Positions 19,975-29,452 are shown, counted from the stretch's first letter. The stretch is 64,000 nucleotides of DNA from Acidobacteriota bacterium (GCA_039683095.1 JBDKSB010000010.1:14709-78708), one strand, 5' to 3'. A program made the numbers and translations. The notes: a model not told the origin generated them from the sequence alone.

Positions 19975-21114
19975 TTCGCGTTCCTTGGGCCGGCGGCCGC
20001 GGCCGTCTTCTTGCGCAGGACGAGGGCGGCCTTGATGAATTCGTCGAGATCGCCGTCGAGGACCCGGTCGGTGTCGCCGGTCTCGACGCGGGTGCGCAGG
20101 TCCTTGATCATGCGGTAGGGGTGGAGGACGTAGGAGCGGATCTGGTTGCCCCAGGCGATGTCCGACTTGGCGTCCTCGAGCTTCTCCAGCTTCTCGTTCT
20201 GCTTGCTCTTCTCGAGATCGTAGATGCGGGCCTTGAGGACCTTCATGGCCATGGCCTTGTTCTTGTGCTGCGAACGCTCGTTCTGGCAGGCCACGACGAT
20301 GCCGGTCGGCAGGTGGGTGATGCGCACGGCCGAGTCCGTCCGGTTGACGTGCTGGCCGCCGGCCCCGGAGGACCGGTAGGTGTCGATGCGCAGGTCCTCG
20401 GGATTGATCTCGACCTGGATGTCCTCGTCGACCTCGGGGTAGACGAAGACGGCGGCGAAGGAGGTGTGACGCCTCTTGGCGGCGTCGAACGGCGAGATGC
20501 GGACCAGCCGGTGGACGCCGGTCTCCTGGCTGAGATTGCCGAAGGCGTAGTCGCCCTCGAAGCTGATCGTGGCGCTCTTGAGGCCGGCCTCTTCCCCGGG
20601 TTGGTTGTCGAGGATCTCGGTCTTGAAGCCCCGGCGCTCTCCGTAGCGCAGATACATGCGCATGAGCATCTGGGCCCAGTCCTGGGATTCCGTCCCCCCG
20701 GCGCCGGGATGGATGGTCAGGATGGCGTTGCGCGCGTCGTCGGCCTCGTAGAACAGGGCCCGGAGCTCGGCCTCCCGGAGGTCGGCCTCGAGCCGGCCGA
20801 CTGCCGTTTCGACGTCGGCGTCGACGCTCTCGCCCTCGGCCGCGAGCTCGGCCAGGACCTCGAGATCCTCCTTCTGGGTCAGGATGCGCTTGAAGAACTG
20901 GAGGTCCTTCTCGAGGAGCTTCTTCTTCTGCTGGAGGGACTGGGACGTCTTCTGGTCCTGCCAGACCTCGGGGGAGGCCAGGCGGTCATTGATCGATGCC
21001 AGCTCGGCGGTCTTGTGATCTAGGTCAAAGAAAACCTCGGACCTCCTCGACTTTCGCGAAGAGGCCGTTGAGGCGGGTCTTGAGATCGAGGGCTTTGCTG
21101 TCGACTGGTGTCAT
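19971..21114 (-). CDS. prfB: Peptide chain release factor 2 (two frames joined by programmed +1 frameshift)
   Basis: Frame 0 runs 21114-21025: [29 protein letters not shown] then TGA. The +1 frame continues [14 protein letters not shown] through to the SPF and GGQ motifs ([35 protein letters not shown]). The ORF track shows only the C-terminal 232 aa. Confidence 0.93.
21024..21048 (-). promoter_or_regulatory. prfB: RF2 autoregulatory +1 frameshift site (CTT TGA C with internal SD-like elements)
   Basis: The minus strand reads GAGGAGGTCCGAGGTTTTCTTTGAC. It has CTT (21030-21028), in-frame TGA (21027-21025), a C after the stop, a GAGG 4 nt upstream of CTT, and a GAGGAGG further upstream. Confidence 0.85.
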
Positions 21115-21145
21115 CGGGTCCTTCCTTTGGAATAAGGCCGGCTGG

Positions 21146-21781
21146 TCAATCGTGGACGACGCGAAAATCCGTCTTCTTCCGGGCCGCCGAGTTCAGCTTG
21201 GCCAGGAGGTCGACGGCGCGGTCCCGGGAGGCGTAGCCGCCGAGCCAGATCCGGTACCAGGTCTTGGTGTCCGTGGGCCTGGGGTTGGCCACGACCGCGG
21301 TATATCCCTGTTTCTTGTATTTGTCCGCCGCGGTCTGGGCCTGGGAGCGGTCGGTGTAGGCGGCGACCTGGACATAGTAAAGCGCCTTCTTCGTCTCGGC
21401 CGCCGGCTTCCCGTCCGGGGTGGTTTCCCTGGGGGCCGGTTTGGGCGCCGGGACTGCCGCGGCGGGCGGGGCGGCGACGGACGCGGCAGGCAGCGTTCCG
21501 GCGCCCGACGGGTTCGGCGCCGCGGCCGGGCCGGCGGTCCCGGGCGTGCTTTCAGCGGCCGTCCCGGCGGCCGTTTCGGACGGGGTCGGCTTGACCGGAG
21601 GCTCCTTGATCGGCTCGGGGATCTGCTGGGTGACGATCTGGGTCGGGGCGGCGACGGCCTGCTTCTTGCCGACCGAAACGCCGAGCAGGAAAATGAGCAC
21701 CCCCAGGGCCAGGACGCCCAGGAAGATGACGACGAGGAGGCTGCTCGAGACCTGGATCTCCCGGAAGTCTTTGTTCTTCAT
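21146..21781 (-). CDS. SPOR domain protein (membrane anchored)
   Basis: 211 aa: an N-terminal TM helix, an Ala/Pro-rich linker, and a C-terminal SPOR repeat region (YYVQVAAYTDRSQAQTAADKYKKQGY...WYRIWLGGYASRDRA). Confidence 0.8.
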   Translation of the reverse strand: MKNKDFREIQVSSSLLVVIFLGVLALGVLIFLLGVSVGKKQAVAAPTQIVTQQIPEPIKEPPVKPTPSETAAGTAAESTPGTAGPAAAPNPSGAGTLPAASVAAPPAAAVPAPKPAPRETTPDGKPAAETKKALYYVQVAAYTDRSQAQTAADKYKKQGYTAVVANPRPTDTKTWYRIWLGGYASRDRAVDLLAKLNSAARKKTDFRVVHD

Positions 21782-22548
21782 CAGCTGGTCTTTTTCTCCT
21801 GGCTCCTATCATAGGTGAAGGCCTTCAAAAGCTCAAGGGGCAGGGGGAAGACGATGGTCGAGTTCTTCTCCGTGGCGATCTCGGTCAGTGTGCTGAGGAA
21901 GCGAAGCTGGAGGGCCTGGGGGTTCTGGGAGATGATGTCGGCGGCCTGGGTCAGCTTTTCGGCGGCCTGGAATTCGCCGTCGGCGTGGATGACCTTGGCC
22001 CGGCGCTCGCGCTCGGCCTCGGCCTGCCGGGCGATGGCCCGGACCATGTTCTCCGGCAGGTCGACCTGCTTCATCTCGACCAGCTGGACCTTGATGCCCC
22101 AGGGGTCGGTATGCTGTTCGATGATCTCCTGCAGGCGGGCGTTCAGCTTGTCCCGCTCCGAGAGAAGGTCGTCCAGGGGGACCTGGCCGAGAAGGCTCCG
22201 CAGGGTCGTCTGGGCCAGTTGCGAGGTGGCGTAGATATAGTCCTGGACCTCGAGCACGCACTTGAGCGGCTCGATGACCCGGAAATAGAGGACGGCGTTG
22301 ACCTTGACCGTGACGTTGTCCTTGGTGATGACGTCCTGCGGCGGGATGTCCATGGTGATCAGCCGCAGGCTGATCCGGACGATGCGGTCGATCGGCGAAA
22401 AGACGAGGATGATGCCCGGGCCCTTGGGGCGGGGCAGAACCCGGCCGAGCCGGAAGATGACGCCGCGCTCGTATTCGCGCAAAATCTTGATCGAGTTGAG
22501 GATGTAGAGGACGACCAGAGCGGCGATGATGATCGGATAGGTTATCAT
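21781..22548 (-). CDS. SPFH/band 7 (stomatin-like) protein
   Basis: 255 aa with an N-terminal TM helix followed by [15 protein letters not shown] and the rest of the stomatin/prohibitin core. It lies directly downstream of nfeD. Confidence 0.9.
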   Translation of the reverse strand: MITYPIIIAALVVLYILNSIKILREYERGVIFRLGRVLPRPKGPGIILVFSPIDRIVRISLRLITMDIPPQDVITKDNVTVKVNAVLYFRVIEPLKCVLEVQDYIYATSQLAQTTLRSLLGQVPLDDLLSERDKLNARLQEIIEQHTDPWGIKVQLVEMKQVDLPENMVRAIARQAEAERERRAKVIHADGEFQAAEKLTQAADIISQNPQALQLRFLSTLTEIATEKNSTIVFPLPLELLKAFTYDRSQEKKTS

Positions 22549-22569
22549 GGGGACCTCCTGTTCGGGCGA

Positions 22570-23847
22570 TCAGATTTTTTCGACCCTTATCTTCAGGCCG
22601 TCGAGGAACTCGACGATCTTGACCTTGTCGCCGGCGCGGATCGGCTCGCCCCGGGTCTCGGCCTGCCAGAGCTCGCCGTGGACGAAGACCCGGCCGGCGG
22701 GGGAGAGATCGGTCCGGGCCGTGCCCGTCTCGCCGATCATGCCTTCGCGGCCGGTCGTCGCCCTGCGGGCGTGGGCTTTGAGGACGAGAGTCACGAGGAA
22801 CAGGACGATGACGGCGAAGCCGAGCACGACCGGCAGGACGAAGTTCAGGCTGGGCCGCATCTCGGAGATGGGGGCCTTGACCAGCATGAGCGAACCGATG
22901 ATCATGGCGACGATCCCTCCGACGGCCAGCATGCCGAAGCTCTGGACCTTGATCTCCAGGACGAAGAGGATAACGGCCAGGAGGATGAGGCCCAGGCCGA
23001 CGTAGTTTATGGGCAGGATCTGGAAAGCGAAGACGGCCAGGAGGAGAGATATGCCTCCCAGCACGCCGGGCAGGACCGCCCCGGGATGGGCGAACTCGAA
23101 ATACAGGCCCAGCATCCCGATGATCAGCAGTACGTAGGCGAGGTTGGGGTTGGCGATGGTCAGCAGGAACTTCTGCCGGAAGGTCATGGGACGCTCGACG
23201 ACCGGCTTGCCCGCCAGGGACAGCGTCGCCGCCGAGCCGTCGAAGCGCCTGATCGTCCGGCCGTCGAGCTTGGCCAGTATCTCCTGCTCGGAGCCGGCGA
23301 CGAGATCGATCAGGCCGCCGGTCAGGGCCTCCTTCTCGGTATAGGACAGGCTCTTGCGGACGGCGTCCTCGGCCATCCGGACGTTCCGGCCGCGTTTCTC
23401 GGCGATCGACCGGACGTAGGCCGCGGCGTCGTTGGTGACCTTCTCTTCCATCGTCTTGTCCATGGCCTGGCCGGTCAGCGAGATGCCGACGGGATGGGCC
23501 GAGCCCGTGCTCGTGCCCGGGGCCATGACGAAGACGTCGCAGGCCAGGGCGATGAGGAAGCCGGCCGACGCGGCCCGCGAGCCGCCGGGGCCGACGAAGG
23601 CGACGACGGGCGTCCTGGCGTTGATGATCCGCTCGATGATCTCGCGCATCGAGGTGTCGAGGCCGCCGGGCGTGTCGAGGGTCAGGACGAGGAGGTCGGC
23701 GCCGGCCTTGTCGGCCGCGTCGAGCGACCGGACGATGTATTCGGAGGAGACGGGGTGGATGGGCGCGTCGACCTTGATCTTGATGACCTCCGCCGACGCG
23801 AACGCCGGCCCGAGAAGCAGGAGGAGGACGAGGATCTTGGCTCTCAA
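22570..23847 (-). CDS. NfeD family membrane-bound ClpP-class serine protease
   Basis: 425 aa: a signal peptide, a ClpP-like domain (TLDTPGGLDTS, GSRAASAGFLIALACD), TM helices, and a C-terminal NfeD OB-fold. This is the classical NfeD-stomatin gene pair. Confidence 0.88.
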   Translation of the reverse strand: MRAKILVLLLLLGPAFASAEVIKIKVDAPIHPVSSEYIVRSLDAADKAGADLLVLTLDTPGGLDTSMREIIERIINARTPVVAFVGPGGSRAASAGFLIALACDVFVMAPGTSTGSAHPVGISLTGQAMDKTMEEKVTNDAAAYVRSIAEKRGRNVRMAEDAVRKSLSYTEKEALTGGLIDLVAGSEQEILAKLDGRTIRRFDGSAATLSLAGKPVVERPMTFRQKFLLTIANPNLAYVLLIIGMLGLYFEFAHPGAVLPGVLGGISLLLAVFAFQILPINYVGLGLILLAVILFVLEIKVQSFGMLAVGGIVAMIIGSLMLVKAPISEMRPSLNFVLPVVLGFAVIVLFLVTLVLKAHARRATTGREGMIGETGTARTDLSPAGRVFVHGELWQAETRGEPIRAGDKVKIVEFLDGLKIRVEKI

Positions 23848-23911
23848 CGCATCCTAATTATAGGAACACGGGCCGGTCAAGTCAACTTGCCGGGCCCTGG
23901 CGAGTTTATGC

Positions 23912-23940
23912 TTGACTTTTTATTATCAATTAATTAAATA
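23912..23940 (+). promoter_or_regulatory. Candidate sigma70-type promoter for the HU/IHF gene
   Basis: TTGACT (23912-23917), a 17-nt spacer, then TAAATA (23935-23940). It sits in a conspicuously AT-rich island in a GC-rich genome, about 30 nt upstream of the RBS AAGGAG (23959-23964). Confidence 0.35.
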
Positions 23941-23972
23941 TAGACGTTGCGTTTGACGAAGGAGTGATTCGG

Positions 23973-24260
23973 ATGATCAAGAACGATATCGCCCTGGCGA
24001 TCGAGAAGAAGACCGAATTCAACAGGGCCAAATCCCTGTCGATCGTCGAGGCCGTTCTGGAGTCGCTGAAGAGCGCGCTCGCCGGCAAGGAAAAGGTCGA
24101 GATCCGGGGCTTCGGCAGCTTCAAGGTCGTGGCCAAGAAGACCGGCTTCGGCCGCGACATCCGCCGCCAGAAGCAGATCCGCATCGAGAAGGGCCAGCGC
24201 ATCAAGTTCCGTCCCGGCCAGGAGCTCAAGACGCTCCTCTCCAAGACGAAGACCTCCTGA
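23973..24260 (+). CDS. HU/IHF family DNA-binding protein
   Basis: About 95 aa with the beta-arm region IRGFGSFKVVAKKTGFGRDIRRQKQIRIEKGQRIKFRPGQELK. ATG at 23973 is preferred over the GTG at 23964 because of RBS spacing. Confidence 0.85.
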   Translation: MIKNDIALAIEKKTEFNRAKSLSIVEAVLESLKSALAGKEKVEIRGFGSFKVVAKKTGFGRDIRRQKQIRIEKGQRIKFRPGQELKTLLSKTKTS

Positions 24261-24343
24261 CCCGGAGCGGCCGGGTCCCCGTAAGAACACCTTCGACCAT
24301 TCCCGGGATCTAGTTTTGCGAAGATCTGGCCCGCTTTTGATCC

Positions 24344-25015
24344 CTATATTTTCAGCTCGGCGTCGCGACTGAGCTCGGCGAAGAGCCTCTCCGTCCGCTC
24401 GACCGTTTCGGCCAGGGTCCCCGAGGTATCGACGGCGTAGTCGGCGTATCTCAGCTTCTCCCTGACGGGCATCTGCGAGCCGATCCGGCGCAGCGCGGCC
24501 GCCCGGCCGATGCCGTCGCGCTCGCGCAGGCGCCGGACCTGGTCGGCTTTGCGGCAGTGGACGACGACGACGCGGTCGAAATGCCGGGCGTACCCGGCCT
24601 CGATGGTCAGGGCAGCTTCGACGACGAAGATGGCGGCCCGGCCCCGGCGCTCGAGCCGGCGGACGGCCTTGTCCTGGTCGGCCAGGACGAGCGGATGGAC
24701 GATCCGGTCGAGGGCGCGCCGCGCGGCCGCGTCGCCGAAAACGAGCGTCCCGAGGACGGACCGGTCGATCGTCCGGTCAGGGCGGAGGATGCCGGGGCCG
24801 AAGCGGGCCACGACCTTCTTCCAGGCCGGCCGGCCCGGCCGCATCAGCTCGTGGGCGGCCTGGTCCGCGGAATAGAGAAGGCAGCCTTTTTCGGCCAGAA
24901 GACGGGCGACGACCGACTTGCCGCAGGCGATCCCCCCGGTCAGGGCGACCCGGAGGACCCTATTTCTTCTTTTTTGCGACCGGCTTCTTTTCTGGGACGA
25001 CTTTGAACATGTCAT
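24344..25015 (-). CDS. coaE: Dephospho-CoA kinase
   Basis: P-loop LTGGIACGKS and the rest of the CoaE fold. The only in-frame canonical start is the ATG at 25015, which overlaps the upstream PilZ gene by 56 nt. Confidence 0.85.
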   Translation of the reverse strand: MTCSKSSQKRSRSQKRRNRVLRVALTGGIACGKSVVARLLAEKGCLLYSADQAAHELMRPGRPAWKKVVARFGPGILRPDRTIDRSVLGTLVFGDAAARRALDRIVHPLVLADQDKAVRRLERRGRAAIFVVEAALTIEAGYARHFDRVVVVHCRKADQVRRLRERDGIGRAAALRRIGSQMPVREKLRYADYAVDTSGTLAETVERTERLFAELSRDAELKI

Positions 25016-25388
25016 CGCTGAACCGCACGGCGACGCCCTGGCGCTTGGTCTTCTTGTCGGGCTTTTCCAGCCGGACGGTGATGCCGCCGATGCGCATCCG
25101 CAGCTTCTTACCGTCGGCCAGCTTATCGGGCAGGTCGATGAAGAGATTGAGCTTGGAGCCGACGACGACGCCCGAGTCCAGCGTGAAATAGGCCCCGCCG
25201 GACGAGATGTTCTCGAGGTGGGTCTCCTCCTTGAACCTGGCCCCGTCGGCCAGGCTGCCCTCGATCAGGGTGTCCAGGGGGAAGTCGAACCGCCACTCCC
25301 GGCGCCGGTTGATCTCCAGCTCCTCCGGCAGGGGAGCGGGCTTTTTCCTGGCGGGAGCGGCCGTCTTTTTGGCGGTTTTCTTAGTCAT
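24960..25388 (-). CDS. PilZ domain protein
   Basis: 142 aa from the ATG at 25388, with a GAGGA RBS upstream. PilZ motifs RREWR (RxxxR) and NISSGG (NxSxxG) are present. The N- and C-terminal tails are Lys-rich. Confidence 0.75.
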   Translation of the reverse strand: MTKKTAKKTAAPARKKPAPLPEELEINRRREWRFDFPLDTLIEGSLADGARFKEETHLENISSGGAYFTLDSGVVVGSKLNLFIDLPDKLADGKKLRMRIGGITVRLEKPDKKTKRQGVAVRFSDDMFKVVPEKKPVAKKKK

Positions 25389-25408
25389 GGCGTCCTCGAT
25401 TCCTCGCT

Positions 25409-26098
25409 CTAGAAGAGAGCCGAATTGATGGCGTAGAGCGCCAGCTGGAGCCGGCTGTGGGTGTCGAGCTTGGCGTAGATGCTCTTGATGTGGGAACGGA
25501 CGGTGTTCTTGCTGATGAACATCAGCTCGGCGATCTCGTCGTTGCTCTTGCCCTGGCCGATGAGCCGCAGGACCTGGAACTCGGTCGGCGTGAGCTGGTC
25601 CAGCGTCTTCTCCTTGAGCTCCCGGCCGACTACGGAGATGATGCGATCCATGATGCTGGACATCTTGTCGCGGGGCAGCCAGATCTCGCCCTTGTGGACG
25701 GCCCGGACCGCTTCCGGCAGCTGGGAGGAGGAGTCGTTGAGGTCGAAATAGCCCCGGGCCCCAGCGTTGATGAGGTTGACGATCTCCTCGTGGGCGGGGA
25801 TGCTGCCCATGAGCAGCAGTTCCGAGCGGCCCTGGGTCTTGGCCATCTCGCGGATGGCCTTGCAGATCTCGCGGAGGTTCGGCAGGGCTTCCATGTGGGC
25901 GAACAGGATGACCTGGGGCTTGAGCTTCTTGATCGAGTCCATGAACGACTCGATCGTGTTCTTCTCGATGTTCAGGATATCCAGGTCCGGGTCGGCCTCG
26001 AGCGCCCTGAGGATGCCGCTGAGGATGATGTCCGACGGGCAAAAGACGAGGAGCGTGATCTTGGGCTCGGACGTGTCGGGGATCTTCTTTTTCTCCAT
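25409..26098 (-). CDS. LuxR/NarL-family transcriptional regulator with atypical (Asp-less) receiver domain
   Basis: C-terminal LuxR HTH (LTPTEFQVLRLIGQGKSNDEIAELMFISKNTVRSHIKSIYAKL). The N-terminal region has a receiver-like pattern, but the acceptor position reads QVILFAH instead of D. Start taken at MEKKK (26098). Confidence 0.8.
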   Translation of the reverse strand: MEKKKIPDTSEPKITLLVFCPSDIILSGILRALEADPDLDILNIEKNTIESFMDSIKKLKPQVILFAHMEALPNLREICKAIREMAKTQGRSELLLMGSIPAHEEIVNLINAGARGYFDLNDSSSQLPEAVRAVHKGEIWLPRDKMSSIMDRIISVVGRELKEKTLDQLTPTEFQVLRLIGQGKSNDEIAELMFISKNTVRSHIKSIYAKLDTHSRLQLALYAINSALF

Positions 26099-26256
26099 GT
26101 TGGCCTCGGCCCCTTTGGCGGGTCTTGGGGATTTTGTTGCTGTCTCCATCGAATCGCCCGGAATCATAAGTCATTCTCCCGGGGCTTGTCAAGCAAGGGG
26201 GGTGAGGGGGGGTGAGAAGGGGGGGAGGCGAAGGGTCACCCCCCGGACGCCGGGCG

Positions 26257-26646
26257 CTAGGCCGGCGGCGCGCTGTTCGGGTGCAGGCGGAAGCCGCGAT
26301 CGAGACGGACGACGATGTGCTGCGGCTTCTCGTTCTTCTCCTCCAGGCGGACATAGACGACCGCCCCGGTCAGGACCAGCCGCAGGGGGCTCTCGAGGAT
26401 GAGCGTCCGGGGGATGTCCAGGAAGAGGGTCACCCGGGAGTCGATCATCAGGCGGGCCTTGAGCCGGAAGGCGACCTCCTGGGAGCTGATGCCGGAGATC
26501 GACGTCTGTTCCTCGAACTTGCGGCCGGCTGCGTCCAGACCCTTGACCAAGGCCGGCAGAGTGAGCTCGAACGACCGCTCCCTCTTGCCGGCCTTGGCCG
26601 CGCCTTTATCGGAGGAGGGATCATGAAGGGACTTGACCATTTCCAT
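26257..26646 (-). CDS. Small PilZ-like protein (degenerate motifs)
   Basis: About 129 aa with the same beta-barrel-like layout as neighbouring PilZ ORFs, but the motifs are degenerate (KRERS; ISGISSQE). The start is ambiguous (ATG 26646 or 26640, GTG 26691). Confidence 0.5.
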   Translation of the reverse strand: MEMVKSLHDPSSDKGAAKAGKRERSFELTLPALVKGLDAAGRKFEEQTSISGISSQEVAFRLKARLMIDSRVTLFLDIPRTLILESPLRLVLTGAVVYVRLEEKNEKPQHIVVRLDRGFRLHPNSAPPA

Positions 26647-26786
26647 GTCGCACCGATCTTCCCAGTTCCCGCCGGGGCCGGCAATCGCCACTCCTGGGGA
26701 ATCGCGGGGTCATATTCGGGCCGGCGATCTCACCGGCAGAGGCTAGGCGTCCGGGCCCGCCGGGGCCTACATTCCCCGGGGACAGG

Positions 26787-27152
26787 TCAGGCGGCGTCGG
26801 CCTGGATGATGTAGCGGGACTCGAGGCGCAGGGCCACCCGGGGCCGCTGTCCGTTCCCATCGCTGGCGTCGATATCGACGATCGTGCCCTTGACCACGAG
26901 CTTGAGGCTCTGTCCCTCGCCGAGCTTTGGAGGCAGGGCGATGGCCAGCTTCAGTCGCGACCCCAGGGAGACCGGGTTCGCGAGGGGGAAGAGCGCCCCC
27001 TGATGGCTCATGAAGGCCAGGGTCGTCTCCTCGCGGAAGAACGTCCCGGCCGGGTCTGGCCCCTCGACGGTCATGGGCAGGGAGAACTTGAATCCTCGCT
27101 CGGCGGGCCGGTGCCGGAAGCTCCTGGACTCCCAGGAAATCCTGCTCAACAT
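26787..27152 (-). CDS. Small PilZ-like protein
   Basis: 121 aa from the ATG at 27152, with a purine-rich RBS (AAGGAAAG) upstream. RPAER (RxxxR) is present. The second motif reads FMSHQG: Ser and Gly are kept but D/N is lost. Confidence 0.55.
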   Translation of the reverse strand: MLSRISWESRSFRHRPAERGFKFSLPMTVEGPDPAGTFFREETTLAFMSHQGALFPLANPVSLGSRLKLAIALPPKLGEGQSLKLVVKGTIVDIDASDGNGQRPRVALRLESRYIIQADAA

Positions 27153-27314
27153 CGTGACTTTCCTTTTCCTTTGAAATTGGCAGGACCAGCATCGCACGGC
27201 CCGGCGCGGACGGTCAATCACCCCTAACGGTGAAGCCGCGGGGGATATTGGCTTCCTTGACAATTTTCCGGGCCGCCGCTAGAATCGTAAAACGCTCAAA
27301 CTCAAGGAGATGCT

Positions 27315-28769
27315 GTGAAAGAGTCAGAACGCCAGGTCCGGCAGATCACGCCGAAGAGCGAGGACTTCTCGCGCTGGTACGTCGAGATCGTCCAGAAAGC
27401 CGAGCTCGCCGATTACACGCCCATGAAGGGCATGATGGTCATCCGCCCCCACGGCTACGCCGTCTGGGAGAATATCCAGCGGTCCCTCGACCTTCGCATC
27501 AAGGCCGCCGGCCACGTCAACGCCTATTTTCCGCTGTTCATCCCCGAGAGCTTCCTCAAGAAGGAGGCCGAGCACGTCGAGGGCTTCTCGCCGGAGGTCG
27601 CCTGGGTAACCGTCGGCGGCAAGGAGGACCTCGAGGAGCGCCTGGCCGTCCGGCCGACCTCCGAGGCCATCATCGGCCACATGTACGCCAAGTGGATCAA
27701 GTCCTGGCGCGACCTGCCCGTCCTCATCAACCAGTGGGCCAACATCGTCCGTTGGGAGAAGGTCACCCGGCCGTTCCTGCGGACGACGGAGTTCCTCTGG
27801 CAGGAGGGCCACACCTGCCACGAGACGGCCGAGGAAGGCGAGGCCGAGACGCTCAGGATCCTAGCCCTCTACCGCGATTTCTGCGAGACCGAGCTGGCCA
27901 TTCCGGTCCTCTCGGGCCGCAAGTCCCTGAGCGAGAAGTTCGCCGGCGCCTCGATGACCTACGCCATCGAGGCCCTGATGTCGGACGGCAAGGCCCTGCA
28001 GATGGGCACGTCCCACAACCTCGGCCAGCACTTCTCCAAGGCCTTCGACATCAAGTTCGAGGACCGCAGCCAGACCCTCCAGTACGTCTGGCAGACGTCC
28101 TGGGGCATGACCACCAGGACGATCGGCGCCCTGATCATGGTCCACGGCGACGACTCGGGCCTGCGCTTCCCGCCGCGCATCGCCCCCGTCCAGGTCGTGG
28201 CCGTGCCCATCTCCATCGGCAACTGGAAGGAAACCGTCCTGCCGGCGGCCCAGGCCGCCGTCGAGACACTGAAGCAGGCCGGGCTGCGGGCGGCGCTCGA
28301 CGCCCGCGAGGAGGCCACCCCGGGCTGGAAGTTCTCGGAGCACGAGATGCGGGGCGTGCCGCTGCGCCTCGAGATCGGGCCTCGCGACGTCAAGGCCGGC
28401 CAGGCCGTTCTCGTCCGCCGCGACACCGGGGCCAAGGAGACCGCGCCGCTGGCCTCGCTCGCCGCCCGGGTCCCGGCCCTCCTCGACGAGATCCAGGCCG
28501 GGCTCATGGCCCAGGCCCGGGCCTTCCTCGAGGCCAACATCCGGGACGCCTCCGATTACGCGTCGTTCAAGGACATCCTTGAGAACAAGCGCGGCTTCGT
28601 CCGGGCGCCCTGGTGCGGCGACGCGGCCTGCGAGGCCCGGATCAAGGCCGAGACCATGGCCACCATCCGGATCATCCCGCTCGAGGACAAGGACGCCGCG
28701 ACCGACCAGCCCTGCATCGCCTGCGGCCGCAAGGGCCAGGCCCTGGCTTACTTCGCACGTTCGTACTGA
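27315..28769 (+). CDS. proS: Proline--tRNA ligase (archaeal/eukaryote-like short form)
   Basis: 484 aa. The N-terminus (ITPKSEDFSRWYVEIVQKAELADYTPMKGMMVIRPHGYAVWE) is typical of the insertion-less ProRS class. GTG start 5 nt after AAGGAG. Confidence 0.93.
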   Translation: MKESERQVRQITPKSEDFSRWYVEIVQKAELADYTPMKGMMVIRPHGYAVWENIQRSLDLRIKAAGHVNAYFPLFIPESFLKKEAEHVEGFSPEVAWVTVGGKEDLEERLAVRPTSEAIIGHMYAKWIKSWRDLPVLINQWANIVRWEKVTRPFLRTTEFLWQEGHTCHETAEEGEAETLRILALYRDFCETELAIPVLSGRKSLSEKFAGASMTYAIEALMSDGKALQMGTSHNLGQHFSKAFDIKFEDRSQTLQYVWQTSWGMTTRTIGALIMVHGDDSGLRFPPRIAPVQVVAVPISIGNWKETVLPAAQAAVETLKQAGLRAALDAREEATPGWKFSEHEMRGVPLRLEIGPRDVKAGQAVLVRRDTGAKETAPLASLAARVPALLDEIQAGLMAQARAFLEANIRDASDYASFKDILENKRGFVRAPWCGDAACEARIKAETMATIRIIPLEDKDAATDQPCIACGRKGQALAYFARSY

Positions 28770-28794
28770 AAATAGACCGAGGGGGGCGTCCCCG

Positions 28795-29427
28795 TTGGAC
28801 AGCGACTTCGCGCGCGACCGCCGGCTGATGACGGATCAGCAGATCCGGGCCAGGGGCGTCCGCGACCCGCTGGTCCTGGCGGCAATGGAAAAGGTCCCTC
28901 GTCACCTCTTCGTCCCCGAGCACCTGCGGGACCAGGCCTACGCCGACGAACCCCTGCCGATCGGTGACGGCCAGACGATATCCCAGCCCTACATTGTCGC
29001 CTACATGACCGAGGCGCTGCGGCTGCGCGGCGGGGAAAAGGTCCTGGAGATCGGGACGGGCTCCGGGTACCAAACCGCGGTGCTGGCCGAGATCGCCGGC
29101 CGGGTCTGGACGATCGAGCTGGTCGACCCGCTGGCCCGGCGGGCCCGGGCTGCGCTCGACGGGCTGGGCTACGCCAACATCAGCTATCGTGTCGGCGACG
29201 GTTCGGAGGGCTGGCCGGAGGAGGCGCCGTTCGACGCCGTCATGGTCACCGCCGCCGCAGCCGAGATCCCCGCGGCGCTCGAGGGCCAGCTCGGCCCTGG
29301 CGGTCGGATGATCGTGCCGGTCGGGACCGGCCTCCAGGAGCTCGTTCTGGTCCGCCGGACGATGAAGGGGATAGAGAGGGAAACGCGGCTGTCCGTCCGC
29401 TTCGTCCCGTTGGTCCGGGCGTCCTGA
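28795..29427 (+). CDS. pcm: Protein-L-isoaspartate O-methyltransferase
   Basis: SAM-binding motif VLEIGTGSGYQTAVLAEI and substrate motif TISQPYIVAYM. A TTG at 28795 is preceded by GAGGGGGG. The alternative ATG at 28828 has no RBS. Confidence 0.88.
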   Translation: MDSDFARDRRLMTDQQIRARGVRDPLVLAAMEKVPRHLFVPEHLRDQAYADEPLPIGDGQTISQPYIVAYMTEALRLRGGEKVLEIGTGSGYQTAVLAEIAGRVWTIELVDPLARRARAALDGLGYANISYRVGDGSEGWPEEAPFDAVMVTAAAAEIPAALEGQLGPGGRMIVPVGTGLQELVLVRRTMKGIERETRLSVRFVPLVRAS

Positions 29428-29452
29428 CCGCGGCTGGCCGGCCCCGCCCGCC

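Noticed and set aside
24259-24277. A 7-bp GC hairpin (GACCCGG-AGCGG-CCGGGTC) that includes the HU/IHF stop codon.
   Set aside because: No U-tract follows, so it is not a canonical intrinsic terminator. It may still be a stabilising or Rho-related structure, but this cannot be supported from sequence alone.
24960-26354. A 464-aa ORF covering the PilZ gene and the region of the LuxR regulator.
   Set aside because: Only the last 142 codons (from the ATG at 25388, with an RBS) look like a protein, namely PilZ. The upstream part is out of frame with the LuxR-family gene and is Pro/Arg/Gly-rich.
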